A DNA stretch of 58,953 bases, taken from contig MQRK01244405.1 of the NCBI GenBank assembly GCA_001938485.1, positions 27,215 to 86,167 on the forward strand. The letters run 5' to 3'. Both the position numbers and the translations under genes were made by a program. The DNA comes from Girardia tigrina. Its lineage: Eukaryota. The first letter of the stretch is position 1. Each line of letters starts with the position of its first letter. This document shows positions 1 to 13,165 of this stretch, piece by piece. Below the pieces are notes generated by a model. The model had not been told where the DNA came from. It saw only the letters and a program-made list of their open reading frames with translations, and ran no database searches.

Positions 1-2405
1 CATTAATATTATACATTCTATTTTTTGTAAATATATCATTCGTTTAAAAATTCTCATAATCTCTCATTACTGCGAACACACCGGTGGTCGGTGACTTTTG
101 GTAGGGCGGTGTATATATGGTCAATTGATTATTTCATGCTATTAAACAATCGATATTTTAATTAATAAATTTTTATTGATTATATTTTCATGTACGCAAT
201 TGTCTTTACGCAAATGTCACGTAACCGTATTTACACTATACTTTATTGTCTGATGTGCAATACGATATATTGGTATATCATTATGAAATTCTTCAAATTT
301 CACTTATAAGTGTAAAAAAGTTCCTTTTTCCGGTATAAATCCTAAAAAAAATTCCCTGTCTCAAGTGTTGTTAATGAAATGAATTAAAAACTTTTCTTTG
401 AAGCTCATAAAATAAAAAGACATTTTACTAAACAAGACCATCTTTTAAGTATTAACTTATTCATGTCTTCACTCAATAAAGAGCAGTGAGACAAAGGCAA
501 ATTCAAAATATTTCAAGAAAAAGTATATGCTTTTTTTATATTTTTTTCAGTATATTTCCTTTCCAGTTTGATTTCATCATTATAGACGTAAATTGTTTTG
601 TGAACTATGTGGAAAGAAAAATTTCTGAAATATTTCCGAAAGAAATATTAAAATGTATACTTCCATCTATTTTCCAATAACTTCTTAGACCTGTATATCC
701 TTATAACATCAGCCGTCATATATTGGAATTTCTCAAATCATTTTAAATAAATATTTAAAACATAAGAATTATGAGCTAAAATTTTAAAAAAATGTGTTAT
801 ATCAGCGAAAAATCCATCGGCATATTATTTTTGTACATCACTTTGTCGTACGAAATTTTAGTTTCTACAAATTTTTATCTCAAATAATTTTCTCTGTTTA
901 TTATTATTTTAATAAATCTGAAATATCATTTTTATTAATTCCTTTCTAGATTTTATTCCATGAAAGTAGTTCTATGAAATCTGGAACATAACAATTTAAA
1001 AAATACAAAAAATTGTATTTTTTGTATTGGATTGTATTTTTTGTATGGTATTGTATTTTTTGCATAAGTGGTTCAGATTTTGTTAGTGAATGTCATATAA
1101 AAATCTCTTTAGATTTTCTTGATTAATCAGAGTAACATCCTTCTCTTCAAATAAACTACAGTCAGATTATTATTATCATGTTTTTATACACTCATCGTGT
1201 TCTGTTCGGGTTGAATTTTGAGATCGATTTAAAAGCGTCTTCCTTTTAGCCATCTTGAATTTTGAACATAACTCAGAAGTACAAGACAATGCAATATTTG
1301 AGCATATAGAAACAGCTTTTGGACCAGTTTCGATTAATTGTGGTTTTCGGTTACAAAGTTTTTTTACAGAAAAATGAAACTACTTTTATTTGTAAGTAGG
1401 TAATTCTTTTGAAAAAGTTTAAACTTATTCAATTATAATTTAGAGATTTGTTTACATTTAGTATTTTCGAAAAATTTATTTTGGAAAAAAATATTTTGCA
1501 AAAATTTCACTGATTATAGTGATTTTAGTGAAATAAAATATTTAAAAAATGAAAATACAAATTGAAAGAGAATAGTTAAAAGAAAGCAGTTTTAGTTTAG
1601 GTTTGAGAGGAAGAAAGAAGTACATAAAAAAGAAAAATAATAAAGTAAACTATTAAAACGTGGTAATATAAAAAACTTTTTAATACATGTGATTATTTTT
1701 ATTATCATATAAATATATTAGGTATCATAATTATTAAATTGATTAAAATATGTATTATACAAACAGAATCAAGAGAATAGATAAAAGGAAATTCAAATAA
1801 AATAAAGTGGTAGACGCAATTGAACCATTTCCTGTCGAATCTGGACGGTCGACCGCATCAGAACATTCAATTGTTCTTAGGTAAACAATGACAGAAGAAA
1901 ATCTCAATGGCTAAAATTGAATAAAATTAATATTGTCTGAAAATGTCAATTATATTATAATAACTTAATTAAAATAGAAATAGTAATAGTCTTACAAAAA
2001 GTTTATAATTAGAAAAAAACTGTATAAATTAAAAACGAAAAAAGAAGAATTTTTTAAGCAATTAAACATCAAATTATCAGTAGCATTAAAAATAAAGTAT
2101 AAAAGTATTATTATTTTTTTCATTAAACTAACTTATTAAAAATATCATGAAAAAAATAAAATTCCAAATACTGTTTCATAATTAATATATAATGATAAAT
2201 TTGAAAATATGAACTTTAAAAATAAAAAAGTAATAAATATTTTCGTTTTTTTCTAATTTTGACCAAAATAAGTTCGATGTATCTTTTTAACGAGAATTCG
2301 TCAAACATTTAAGAAAACATCTAAAAAACCAAACAAACTATTTATTGTGATTATATCAAAAACAGAAAGTTGGAATCTCAAAATATGAAGTACTTATGTA
2401 AATAC

Positions 2406-4166
2406 TAGGGTGGGTCGAAAATTTTTTTTCTCCAAACATGCCTAAAAAGTTGTGCTTATGCTAGAAAATGAAATATCCGTGCAAAAGACTGCTGTTTAAA
2501 AGGGTTTACAGGTCCCAACTTTTGTTTGTATGTATTAGTACTATCCCAGTAAAAATGCTCGCACACGTGCCATTGTAAATTCATCCTGCAAGCAGTCAAA
2601 GAAATCATGTCAATCATCGTTAGCACGCAGTCCTCACTGACCCTTCAAGCAATTGTGTGCGATGGAACCAATACAAACACCGGAAAAAATAATGGAATAA
2701 TCAGAAGACTCGAAAAAAGCCTAGGGCGACCTCTACAATGGCTGATATGCTTGTTGCATGCAAATGAATTNNCATTCAGGAAGTATTTTTCAGTCGTCGA
2801 TGGTGGAGAAACAAAAGGTCCAAAAACATCATGTGGTGAAATAGGAAGCGTTCTTGATTTTGATCCAAAAGACAAGCCCGTAGTAGCCTTTATGTCTCTT
2901 CATGGAAAGGTCGTACATATTAGTGAAAATGTCAAGAAAGAATTGAACACTGATCAATTGTATTTCCTCAGAGTATGCTTGGCAGTCCAGAAAGGGTACC
3001 ACAACAACAAGGATGTTCCTTTTCTACAAATGGCACAACCAGGAAATTTGAATCACAGTTGCTGGCTAACGAAAGCTAATAGAATTCTGTTGTCAATTTC
3101 TATGGGCCGTCATGGTTTTATATAAAGACTCACTCGTCATGCCAAGATGGTGCAAGAAATATTTTTTATATGCTCCAACTTCTGCAGGATTTGGATCCAT
3201 CAGACCAAGAAATCATCTTTCCCGTCATTCAGAACAACAATTACTTCTCACATCCAGAAAATATACTCCTAGCCGCTGTTGGTGATGATGATGAAGAAAT
3301 CAGAAAGTTTGCAACAGAAAAAATCATAACTGCAAGACAAAATTTTCTCCCTTCCGAAGTGATTCGCACTATGGACAAGAATACTGTCTTTCTNNNNNNN
3401 NNNNNNNNNNNNNNNNNNNNNNNNNNNNNNNNNNNNNNNNNNNNNNNNNNNNNNNNNNNNNNNNNNNNNNNNNNNNNNNNNNNNNNNNNNNNNNNNNNNN
3501 NNNNNNNNNNNNNNNNNNNNNNNNNNNNNNNNNNNNNNNNNNNNNNNNNNNNNNNNNNNNNNNNNNNNNNNNNNNNNNNNNNNNNNNNNNNNNNNNNNNN
3601 NNNNNNNNNNNNNNNNNNNNNNNNNNNNNNNNNNNNNNNNNNNNNNNNNNNNNNNNNNNNNNNNNNNNNNNNNNNNNNNNNNNNNNNNNNNNNNNNNNNN
3701 NNNNNNNNNNNNNNNNNNNNNNNNNNNNNNNNNNNNNNNNNNNNNNNNNNNNNNNNNNNNNNNNGCTGATTTCATGTGACTTCTTTTTATGCCCTCGCTA
3801 ATACATTTTTAAACTTTTGGCTGGATGTTTTTAATAAAAAATAATAACGTTGTCAGGATATATTTCAATGCGGGATGAGGACAAAGAATATACTATCTCA
3901 GTCCAAGAGAGTAAATAACATACTTATAAGCTCTTAAGAAAGCTACATCTAAATATGGACAAAGGCGCAAAACACATTCCGACACTAGCCAAATTACATT
4001 GTTTTCACACTTATGTTGAACTGCATTTTCGGAGAAAAGTTGGGAGCAGTAAATGTCCATAAATCTAAGTAAAATGGTTTGATTCGATGTTTCTATACCA
4101 AAATACAACTTTTTAACCATGTTTCCTTTCTTGAACTCAAAATTTATTTACATTCGACCCACCCTA
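2406..4166 (+). mobile_element. hAT-superfamily (hATm-like) DNA transposon, internally deleted and decayed
   Basis: TIRs TAGGGTGGGTCGAA (2406) and TTCGACCCACCCTA (ends 4166). Exact 8-bp TSD GTAAATAC on both sides. Encloses a transposase remnant. Confidence 0.9.
2607..3393 (+). pseudogene. hAT transposase fragment
   Basis: CDGTNTNTG...LQWLICLLHANE (D and CxxH motifs), then frameshifted NNYFSHPENILLA. Runs into a gap. Confidence 0.8.
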
Positions 4167-6729
4167 GTAAATACCAACAAAATTTTAAGTTTTACTTCCT
4201 GAAGATATAAATATTTTACCTAATATTTTGACCGTGGATGGAAGGTGAATTACGATCCATAAACACAAAAGTGATAAACTCAGACTATATATTCGGTTTA
4301 TTTTATTACTAAAAGGCAGACATAACGTATAAAAGTTAGCAGGGTTTTTTTAAGGTTTCCAGCTGACTGTAGCCTAAGAAAATGTGCGTGTACAGTATAA
4401 AATATTTATTTTTACTCAAAAATTGTTCAATCACACATATACACTGGATTTAAAGGGTTAAGAACAAAAGAATGTCTTATAATTATTAAATAAGTATACA
4501 ATTATAAATGACTATAAAAAAATGATAAAATACCCACTGATTAACTTGATCAGTGTTTGATATTTTATCCTTTTTTATATTTTAATAAAAATCTAAACAA
4601 GTTAAACTGATTAATATCACGATCAATTAACTTGCTTTAATTGTGATAAGAATAAAAATATTACCTTTAAATATACAACTCTTTAATTAAAATAAAACTA
4701 ACAACTGATTAAGTAAAAAGAAAATACTTCAATGATTGTCAAAAAAATGTCTGTGAATAAATTGAATATAGTGGATCACGGAATATCTTTCTTGATTTCC
4801 CCAAAAACCGATATGGAGGTGGATAATAAGAAACGAGAAAATAAAATCCTTTCAAATTTACGACGATCTTCCCAAATTGTTCAGATGAATTATAGTTTAT
4901 ACAATAATTATTTTTTTAATCGATTATTTTAAATTTTTTATTGACATCTGGATTTTTTTTATTAAATTGTCTTCCATCATCTTCTTCGAGCGAACGAAGA
5001 CAAAAGTCTCTTTCCTTTCTTAAAACTTTCTTCATTTATTGATCTTCAGACTTATATTGATCTGCTGGTTTTCTTCTCTAACGACACGAGTAAAAGAAAT
5101 AAAAATAACAAACAATGACGCAGACGATGAAACACAATAAATAAAAATCGACAATTCGCATACAATAACAAAGAATAAAAATAAATAATATATGATTCAC
5201 ACGCAAAAAGAAAAAACACAATCCATTCTATTAGATGTGGTGTCGGGTTATTACAATGACCTTGTGTAGGAGCGTACATGTGCGAGAGGGAGAGAGAGTG
5301 GGTGTAATATCACTGTGTGTATTTTAATGAACCCATGCTTTACCTATAAATAGCCAAATTTTTGGGTGTTTATCTACAAAAGTTGGGTGTACATTTTACA
5401 CCCATAATGGCCTTAAAAAACCATGAAAGTGAATATCATTTGTAACTGCTTCCATGTAGTTTATAATTTATAAGAATGCTGTCATCACGGGTATCATTCA
5501 TTAGGCTGAATTTGAGGTTGCTTTGCATTTGCAATATACATTTAGCCACATTCCTAATGATTTATGATTATTTCAAATCTTTAAGATAGAAATCACTTAC
5601 CATATCTTTGATTATAATGAAAATAAGGAGCTATAACAATTACAATGACAATAAGGGATTCCTATTACTTTATCTCAGTCTGGAAATATGCCCGTAACAT
5701 TTCTGAAGAAACAGTTATAAATGTACTTAAAGAAAACAATAAGATTTTAATAGTAATCTCATCCTTTTATTACAAAATAATTTAGCTGTTAGTTCATCAG
5801 TAAGTGTATTATTTCACAATTCTCTAAATGGTCGTACATGGAGTGTTGTTGCTAATGTATTAGTATACTAAGGAAAATTATGAACACTCGTACAATCTTA
5901 TAGCTATAGAGTACGAGTAACACGACCAAAAATAATTATTAATAAACTCAGCTCGACGAAATTTCATTGAAATTTCAGATAAAAAAAATTCTTTAAAATT
6001 CAGCTCGACAAAAATTTTGTTAATTCATAAAAAGATAATTAAATAAATCACTTGAATCTATTTTGTTTCAGCCAAACGACTTGAATTAATGTCAAATATT
6101 ATCTATTCTGGTGCACGATGAATCGGCACACTGTGCCAACGAACCAATCCCCATATCCAAACAAAGAGGTCTTTGTCTGTATTTGAATCGAGAAATAATT
6201 CAAAATTATTTGGAGTTATTAATTATTGTTATTTTTTATTTACTTTAAATTTTATTTTACTAGATTTTAAATTATTTTTGTATATTACTTATATATAACA
6301 AAAAGCATGAATAATTCAGTGATTTTTTATTCAACAATGTAAATTCGAGTCTTCAGAACAACAATTAAAACACGATTGAACACGGAAAGACTGTCTTTTG
6401 CCAGTAGAAGAGGAACATCAGAATATAAATAATAATAATAACCACTATATTATATAAATTTAACTAGAAATTCGGAACATGGGAAAACGACGTAATTTGA
6501 TGACAATTAGAATTCATATTTGTATTATACATTAAAAAAAATAAATTATTATTGTTATATTATTCACAAATTGTATTTACATTAAGTTAGCTACTTACAA
6601 ATATAAAACAGTTATGTTAATTTCATTGAAAAAAAACTGAAATCACTACAAGAGAAACAATAATTTTCAATTATTAACTAAATAAATTAAATTGATATTT
6701 ATCCTTTTATCATCCTAAATACGCTTTTT

Positions 6730-6860
6730 TTGGCATAGTCATGCAAATAGTACCAGTTACAAACTTTGCACTTTCTTCTCAGCTTTCTGGCAAGTTGTAT
6801 GAGCCATATTCCATACAGGCCCTTTCCAAGCAACTCCTTGTCTCATAAATTTGTTTTTGC
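6730..6860 (-). pseudogene. Decayed mariner transposase fragment
   Basis: Minus strand reads LARKLRRKCKVCNWYYLHDYA, matching QA*KLRRKRRVCELYYLHDKA of the element at 35649-36922. Confidence 0.55.
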
Positions 6861-6929
6861 TGTACGAAATTTCAACAAAGGTTGATTTGATTATCTGGTA
6901 GAAACGTTATCAGGTTTTCTAGATTTTAA

Positions 6930-7880
6930 CCCGTTGACTACCGAATTTTTTTTGAAGATATGTTAATTTTATTGAAGTTTTAGACGTAACAAAGGTAATT
7001 CAGCATGAAAAAATTTTTAAAAAGACTAAGAAATATTTATTACGTAAAAGTTACAAAAATGAGTTTTTTGAGCTACAAACAAGAGTTTTCAATGAATATT
7101 GCATTATTATTATATTTTACTGATTAGAATTGGTTTTTATCACTCATCTACATCAAAATGAAGCTTAGTGTGCTAAATTTGGAAACAATTTGGTACGCAT
7201 AATGGCACACTACAGTCAAGGCACATGAAATAACTTCGTTGTCGAATTTGTTTCGCACTACAAACAATACAATTTCTTCTACTTCGTGCTCTACTCTTTG
7301 GATCTTGTGGAACATTGCCGAGAAAGTGACGAGCAACTAATCTCAAAGGTGTAGGAACATTAGAAGGTCTACCAACTCTATTTCTCTCTGAAGGACCATA
7401 TCTCTGAAGTATTTTATACCACTTCAAAGTTTTCCTAATTGAAGCAGAGAATGATATCTGCATGTCAGTTTCATCAATTTTTTTTTGCGAATATTCCATG
7501 ACTAGAGCGGGCTTCATAATTTCTGTTCCGTTTGATCTATCAATTTTTCCACTGTTCAGGAAATTTGTACTATTTACTGCCGATAACATTTAGACATCTC
7601 GTTTGTCTTTTTATATCATTACTAGAAGAGCTTAAGATTAAACATCTCCTTTTCGTAATTTTCCAGTGAATTTTGGCAATCCTTTACGATTTTTTCTCAT
7701 TGTTCCACATGCTCCAGTTTTGTTCTGATGCAATAAATTGAATATAGTTCACTAGAGAGCGAGAGGACTGGACTAGAAAAGTTAATAGTAATATTTAGAA
7801 AAAAACCGCATTAAAAATTTCCTCTTCGTTCAAAAGTTATAAGCCGTAAACACATTTACGGGTCTGTGGTAATCAACGGG
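6930..7880 (-). mobile_element. piggyBac DNA transposon, internally deleted
   Basis: TTAA at 6926-6929 and 7881-7884. TIRs CCCGTTGACTACC and GGTAATCAACGGG (1 mismatch). ORF 7173-7589 has the piggyBac C-terminus (KPALVMEY, RKTLKWYK) and the Cys-rich domain CIVC...CLDCSVPLCVPNCF. Confidence 0.9.
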
Positions 7881-8221
7881 TTAAATGAAATTAGATTTCT
7901 TCAAGAATAACTAAAGATCATTTTCTTTGATCTTACAAAAATACAAATGAGAATAAATTAACAGAAGAATTTCAGCTTAATATTTCAACCGATTTCGAAG
8001 TTTGGATAAATATTAGTTTAAGAATTAAATTATTCATATAATCTTTCAACAACGCAACGGAAAAATAAATTGAGGTATTAACTCGAGTGAATAAATCCGG
8101 GATAATACCAATCAGTGAATTTAATTTATGCAAACATATCACAGGAGAAAATATATAAAAATAATATTAAATAATTTTTTAATTAAATGTTTTTATTATT
8201 TGATAATTTCAGAAATATTTC

Positions 8222-8685
8222 TGTTAAGAGAACTCACACATTTGACAGAACATTTATTACATTCTCATTTCTTATCATCTTTATGATGATCAATAGTATT
8301 GCTTTCACTATAATCCATCACTCAATTTTCAATATCTCTCATTATAATCTAAACTATACTTGAGAATATTATTTTATTAAAAAATATTTAATTTAAATTT
8401 TATTGGCTTAAATAAAATATTTCTATAGTCAAATTTTCAACATTAATTTGATTTTAATTATTTAAAAATTTACAAAAATAAAATCAATAAAATTATTTAA
8501 AAGTTGCAATAATAAAAATTAAAAATTTGAATATTAAATCTAAATTTAAATAAATTAGTTTCAGATTATAAGAATTAAAATATTGATCATCCATCTGATT
8601 AGGAGAGGCACAATCACAAATCAACACACAACATTTAAACATGCAAACACTACAAGAAACAATTACACACCCCATATTCCTCATA
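8222..8685 (-). repeat. 3' LTR of the Gypsy element
   Basis: Starts TATGAGGAATA right after the PPT, has AATAAA near its end and ends ...TCTTAACA. Homologous to the solo LTR at 42753 (shared TCTCCTA..CAGATGGATGAT.AATATTTTAATTCTTAT). Confidence 0.75.
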
Positions 8686-9347
8686 TCCCCTCGATTTAAA
8701 TGGCTTTAGCCATTCCACATTTCTGATCAAAATTCTACCATCTTCTAGCTCCAATTCATAACTTCTTTCATGTCTTTTGTTTTTTACTGCGATTGGACCC
8801 ATATATCGATCTTCTTCCTTTGTAACATTGTCTTTCTTTATCAACACTTTATCCCCTGAATGAAATATTCGTTTGTCTCTATCGTATTTTCGCTCTTTTC
8901 TTTCTTATCACAACTCTGTTTCTTGGTATCTCTCCACCAATGTCTTAGCTTCCTATCAAATATCATTTCTACTGGTGATATACCTGTGGTAGCTTGAATT
9001 GTGCCATTCATCATAAATTCTGCTTCTGTCAAAATTTCCGTTCAATCTTTGTGGATTTGATCATTTATCCTTATGTTCATAGCATCTCTAATTGTTCTAA
9101 ATTGTCTTTCAATGATGCGATAAGTATTGTGATGATAAGGACTGGAGTAAATTATTTCTACTTTAAGTCATCTTCAGTGTGTCTTTGAAGAGTGTCGATT
9201 CGAATGCTCTACCTCTATCAACATGGATCACTTTTGGTGGTCCGAATTTCTAAATCCATCTGTCCAGTAGTACCTTCCGAGCAGTTTTCTCATCTTGATG
9301 AATTACAGCATTCAGACTTATATACCTACTAAATTGATGGATTATAG

Positions 9348-9351
<4 letters not shown>

Positions 9352-9396
<45 letters not shown>
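9352..9396. repeat. (TA)n microsatellite inside the integrase
   Basis: Perfect TA run. Confidence 0.95.
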
Positions 9397-9398
<2 letters not shown>

Positions 9399-10702
9399 AT
9401 ATACATTTAAAGTCCTTTTAAATGGTCCTCAAAAATCCATATACAGCTTTTGAAATGGTTCATTAGCGAATTGTTTAATAAAAATTTATTTCGTTTTTGT
9501 GGTTAAAGTCTTTCTCTTTTGGCAGTTTATGCAACATTTTACAATTTCCTTAATTATCTCTCTCATATTTACCATATCAAAATCATCTTTCAAATAGTTA
9601 TAAGTCTTTTTACTACCAGCATGGCACAGAATCTTGTGAGTGTCTACCACTAATTCTGTCCTTGTGGTTCTCGGAATCCAATATTTGTTATCCATTTTTG
9701 TCATAATTTTGTCTTTCAGTATCCATTTTTTTGTTCTTCTCATTCTAATATTTGCTCTGATCTGATTTATTTTGTCATTATCTTTCTGCCACTTGAACAC
9801 TTTTGATTCTTCGTCTAAAGCCAAGATTCGTGTTTTAATCTTTCCTTTCTTAGCTTCTTCGTGTCTAGTTTGACACTGACTACATAAATCACAAGAAGTT
9901 CTCGACATTGCATCTGCATTTGAGTTTTTTCCGTCTTTCCGATATTCCATTCTCATATCAAGACTAGTAAGAAAATTTATCCACATTTGAAATTGCGGTG
10001 TTATTGGGTGTTTTCCTATTCAGCATGAAGGTAATAGCTTTATGATCAGTTCTTAGTAAAAATCTTTTACCGTATAAGAAGTGTTTAATATTTTGCGTAA
10101 AATAATAAATTGCCAGCAACTCTTTCCTTGTAACACAATATCCAAGCTCGTGTTTGTTTATTTTTTGTGATCCATACGCGATCACTCTGTCTCTGCCATA
10201 CGTGTCCTTCTGTGATAATACTTCCCCGATTGTAACGAAGCTTGCATCCGTATACAGTATAAACTCCTTCTCAAAATCAGGATACGCCAGTATCGGAGTA
10301 TCAATCATTTTTTCTTTCAATTTTCGAAAAGTTTCCTCGCATTCTTCAGTCCATATTATTTTCTTGTCTTTATTCTTACCACACAAACCCTCCGATACTT
10401 TTGAGTATTTTGCGTAATCTTTTAAAAATTTTATATAGTAATTTGTTAGACCCAAGAAACTTCTCAAATGTTTGAAACATGATGGGTTCTGAAATTTTTT
10501 AATGGCTTCAATCTTTGTTTGATCAGTTTCTATACCATTCTTACTGACAATATATCCTAAAAATTTTGTTCTTTCTGTTAAAAATTGGCACTTTTCTGGG
10601 TTAATTCTTAAACCTGCTTTCTTAATGTTTTCCAGTACATGTATTATTCGTTGCATATGCTCTTCTTTATTTTTTACAAAAACTAAAATATCGTCTAAAT
10701 AC

Positions 10703-11290
10703 TATTATTATTATACCTTACTTTTATTCAAACTTACCTGGTGTTTGCACTTACATGGTGTTTGAGAAAGGTGTAGAGTATTGCGGCTTTAGGACGTAGG
10801 TTCTAGAGATCTTGCTCTACTGGGTCCCCAAGTCTTCAGTGACTCTGTTCCTGTTGGCTCTGGTGCTCCATTGGATCCATCCCGATCGTTTTCGCCATGA
10901 ATTTTATGGCGCTGTCAAGTTATTTTTGACCTTACTTTTTGGGATCGCTTCAGTGAGTATCTGCGTCGAAGGAACCTGATGAATTGACGGGCTTGGTAAA
11001 TGAATCGAATTGGCTCCAGGCGTTCAACTTCCTCGCTGCCGACAGTCATCAGCTGCTGCTCTGCCGAACTCTATATCGGCCTTTGTGTGGGCGATTTTGG
11101 CTGCTCTGAACTCCGGCTCTTCTGAGGACTTGCATTCGTGGATCCCCCAGTGGTCATCAAGGTGGCGCAGGTGATTCTGAGGACAAACCAGCCGAATCAG
11201 ACTAAAGTCCTGCTGTGCAGGCAATTGTAAAACCCTTTGTTTTGTAATAAATTTTTGTCTATTTCATTAGATGTTGTCTATCGTCTAATA
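10703..11290. mobile_element. Unclassified GC-richer insertion splitting the Gypsy RT at YLDD
   Basis: RT stops at LNWKV and resumes at YLDD. Flanked by imperfect direct repeats TATCGTCTAAATACTA and TATCGTCTAATAATACTA. Termini are TATTA...TAATA. Confidence 0.7.
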
Positions 11291-12419
11291 ATACTACTTT
11301 CCAGTTTAAATCTCCTAGAACTTTGATCATTAACTCTTGGAAAGTTGCTGGGGCTGCTGCTATCCCAAACGGAATTCTTTTGAAACAATATTGTCCGTTC
11401 TTTGTTGAGAATGCTGTTTTAATCTTTGATTCTTCCAACTCGACTTGGTAGTACGCGTTTCCCAGATCAATTGTACTTAAATATTGCGCACCATTCAGTG
11501 TGTTCAGCTTGTCATCTACATTTGGCATAGGAAACGCTGGTCTGACGGTAATTCTATTTAACTGGCGGTAGTCTACACACACTCGAATATCTTGTTTTTC
11601 CTTCTTTCACACACATACTAATGGGAAATTCCATGGTGAGCTACACTTTTCGATTGTATCATTTTCTTCGAAATTTTTAATAACATCATCCAATTTGTGC
11701 TCAAAATGTTTTGGTTGCCGATAAGGTTTTACTAGTATTGGATCCCCGTGTGTTTCTATTCTGTGTTTTGACAATGATGTTTTCCCAATATCCCACTTAT
11801 CAGCCATGAATACTGATTTATAATTTGCTAGAATCTTCATTAATTGCTCGTCGATTTGCTTGTTAAATATATCCATTGTTCTTCTTAATCTGTCCTCATC
11901 TGATGGGTTGTCTCTAATCACCAATATTTCCCCGACTCGACGTATCTGTCTTTTCAGTTTTATTCCGAATTTATCCAAGAAATCTATACCTGCGATTATT
12001 TCGGGGTCTAATCTTTGACCACATTAACTTTTATGTTCCCTCAATAGCCACATTTAATTGAACGATTCAGTAATTGATCAGTTCTGAATCATTTGAGCAA
12101 TGGATACGTTTTTTCGTTTCTCTTATTTTAATATCTTTCATGTTTTTAATTATCTCCACTTTAATTACATTTACTCTTGTTCCAGTGTCCAAAAGGCAAT
12201 GAACTTTTCTATCTTTCGCGTAAAAATCTACACTTTGACGTCCTTTCAGTTCTTTATAATTTATCTTAAACTTTGATATGTTCAATATTTCCGTTTTACC
12301 ATTTAGTTTCTTATCATATTGAGTTGTCATACTATTACACTGTTCTCGACTTACAATATCTTCGCATTCAAGTTTGCACATCTCTTGAGGAATATTTTCA
12401 TACGTAAAATCAAACATAC

Positions 12420-13086
12420 TTTAATATTAGGGAAATAAATAATTTTCGAAATCTTCTTTTATGACCAAAAATTAATGGACTCCGTGAATTCAATTCAAAA
12501 GAAACTAATAGCGCTCAAAAAATCAATTTTATTTCATATAAACAAAACAATTAATTTCCATTCTTTAAATACTTAACAGTAAAATAATTAATAAATCTTT
12601 TTTAAAATAACTTTCCTTCCTACACAATAAAAATAATAATTTTTTATCTTTCTTTCAATATTTAAAATCGGCTATCTTCATACAAGTTTTAAAATAACAT
12701 TGAGATAAATCATGTCTTTATACAGATTTCCAAAAACTAGTCAAAAATACTAAACTGTCGTTGGAGGTTCAACTTTTCTATTTAAGAAATTGACAAATAA
12801 TCATAATAACGACTAGATACAAAATATTTATACTTTTTCATCGGAAAAGAATAAAAATCGAGCACAAATATCAAAAAATTTCATTGTTCACACTCTTTTC
12901 AACAAATTTCACAACAAACTAATGCCCTCTCTCATTTGCAATTTGCAAGGCACCACACATCAAATTTTACACTAATGAAATTATTAATTATTTAAATTAA
13001 ATTAAATTTGATTTATTACGCTTCCAAGCAATGCCTCGCTCGCAATATGTTACCATACATACAATCACACACACATTCATACATAC
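12420..13086. mobile_element. Unclassified AT-rich insertion between gag and protease
   Basis: 12-bp direct repeat AATCAAACATAC at 12408-12419 and 13087-13098. Removing the insert gives an open frame TKIGDQCASLENQCKCMFDFTYEN. Right end is (ACAT)/(CA)-rich. Confidence 0.65.
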
Positions 13087-13121
13087 AATCAAACATACAT
13101 TTACATTGGTTTTCTAATGAA

Positions 13122-13165
13122 GCACACTGATCACCTATCTTTGTGATCGTGCGTCCTCGTTTCCA
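13122..13165 (-). promoter_or_regulatory. Putative -1 ribosomal frameshift cassette (gag/pol)
   Basis: Degenerate heptamer TGGAAAC, 6-nt spacer, then stem GCAC-GATCAC / GTGATC-A-GTGT. Pol is in the -1 frame relative to gag. Confidence 0.55.

Noticed and set aside
1814-1880. Possible small plus-strand exon (DAIEPFPVESGRSTASEHSIVL, gtaaac donor)
   Set aside because: Purine-rich acceptor, no partner exons and no homology recognised.
3394-3764. Long ORFs made of X residues (also about 19.8, 30.2, 37.5 and 53.5 kb)
   Set aside because: They arise from translating through N gaps.
4732-5279. Short ORFs 4732-4932 (+) and 5052-5279 (-)
   Set aside because: Low-complexity AT-driven frames with no motif or splice support.
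6760-6894. Apparent 45-aa terminal exon on minus (IIKSTF...VQSL*)
   Set aside because: Another frame matches the mariner transposase, so it is better explained as a relic.
12420-13099. Insert as a spliceosomal intron of the Gypsy element (GTATGT...AAAG on minus)
   Set aside because: Splicing at these sites loses one base and does not restore the pol frame.
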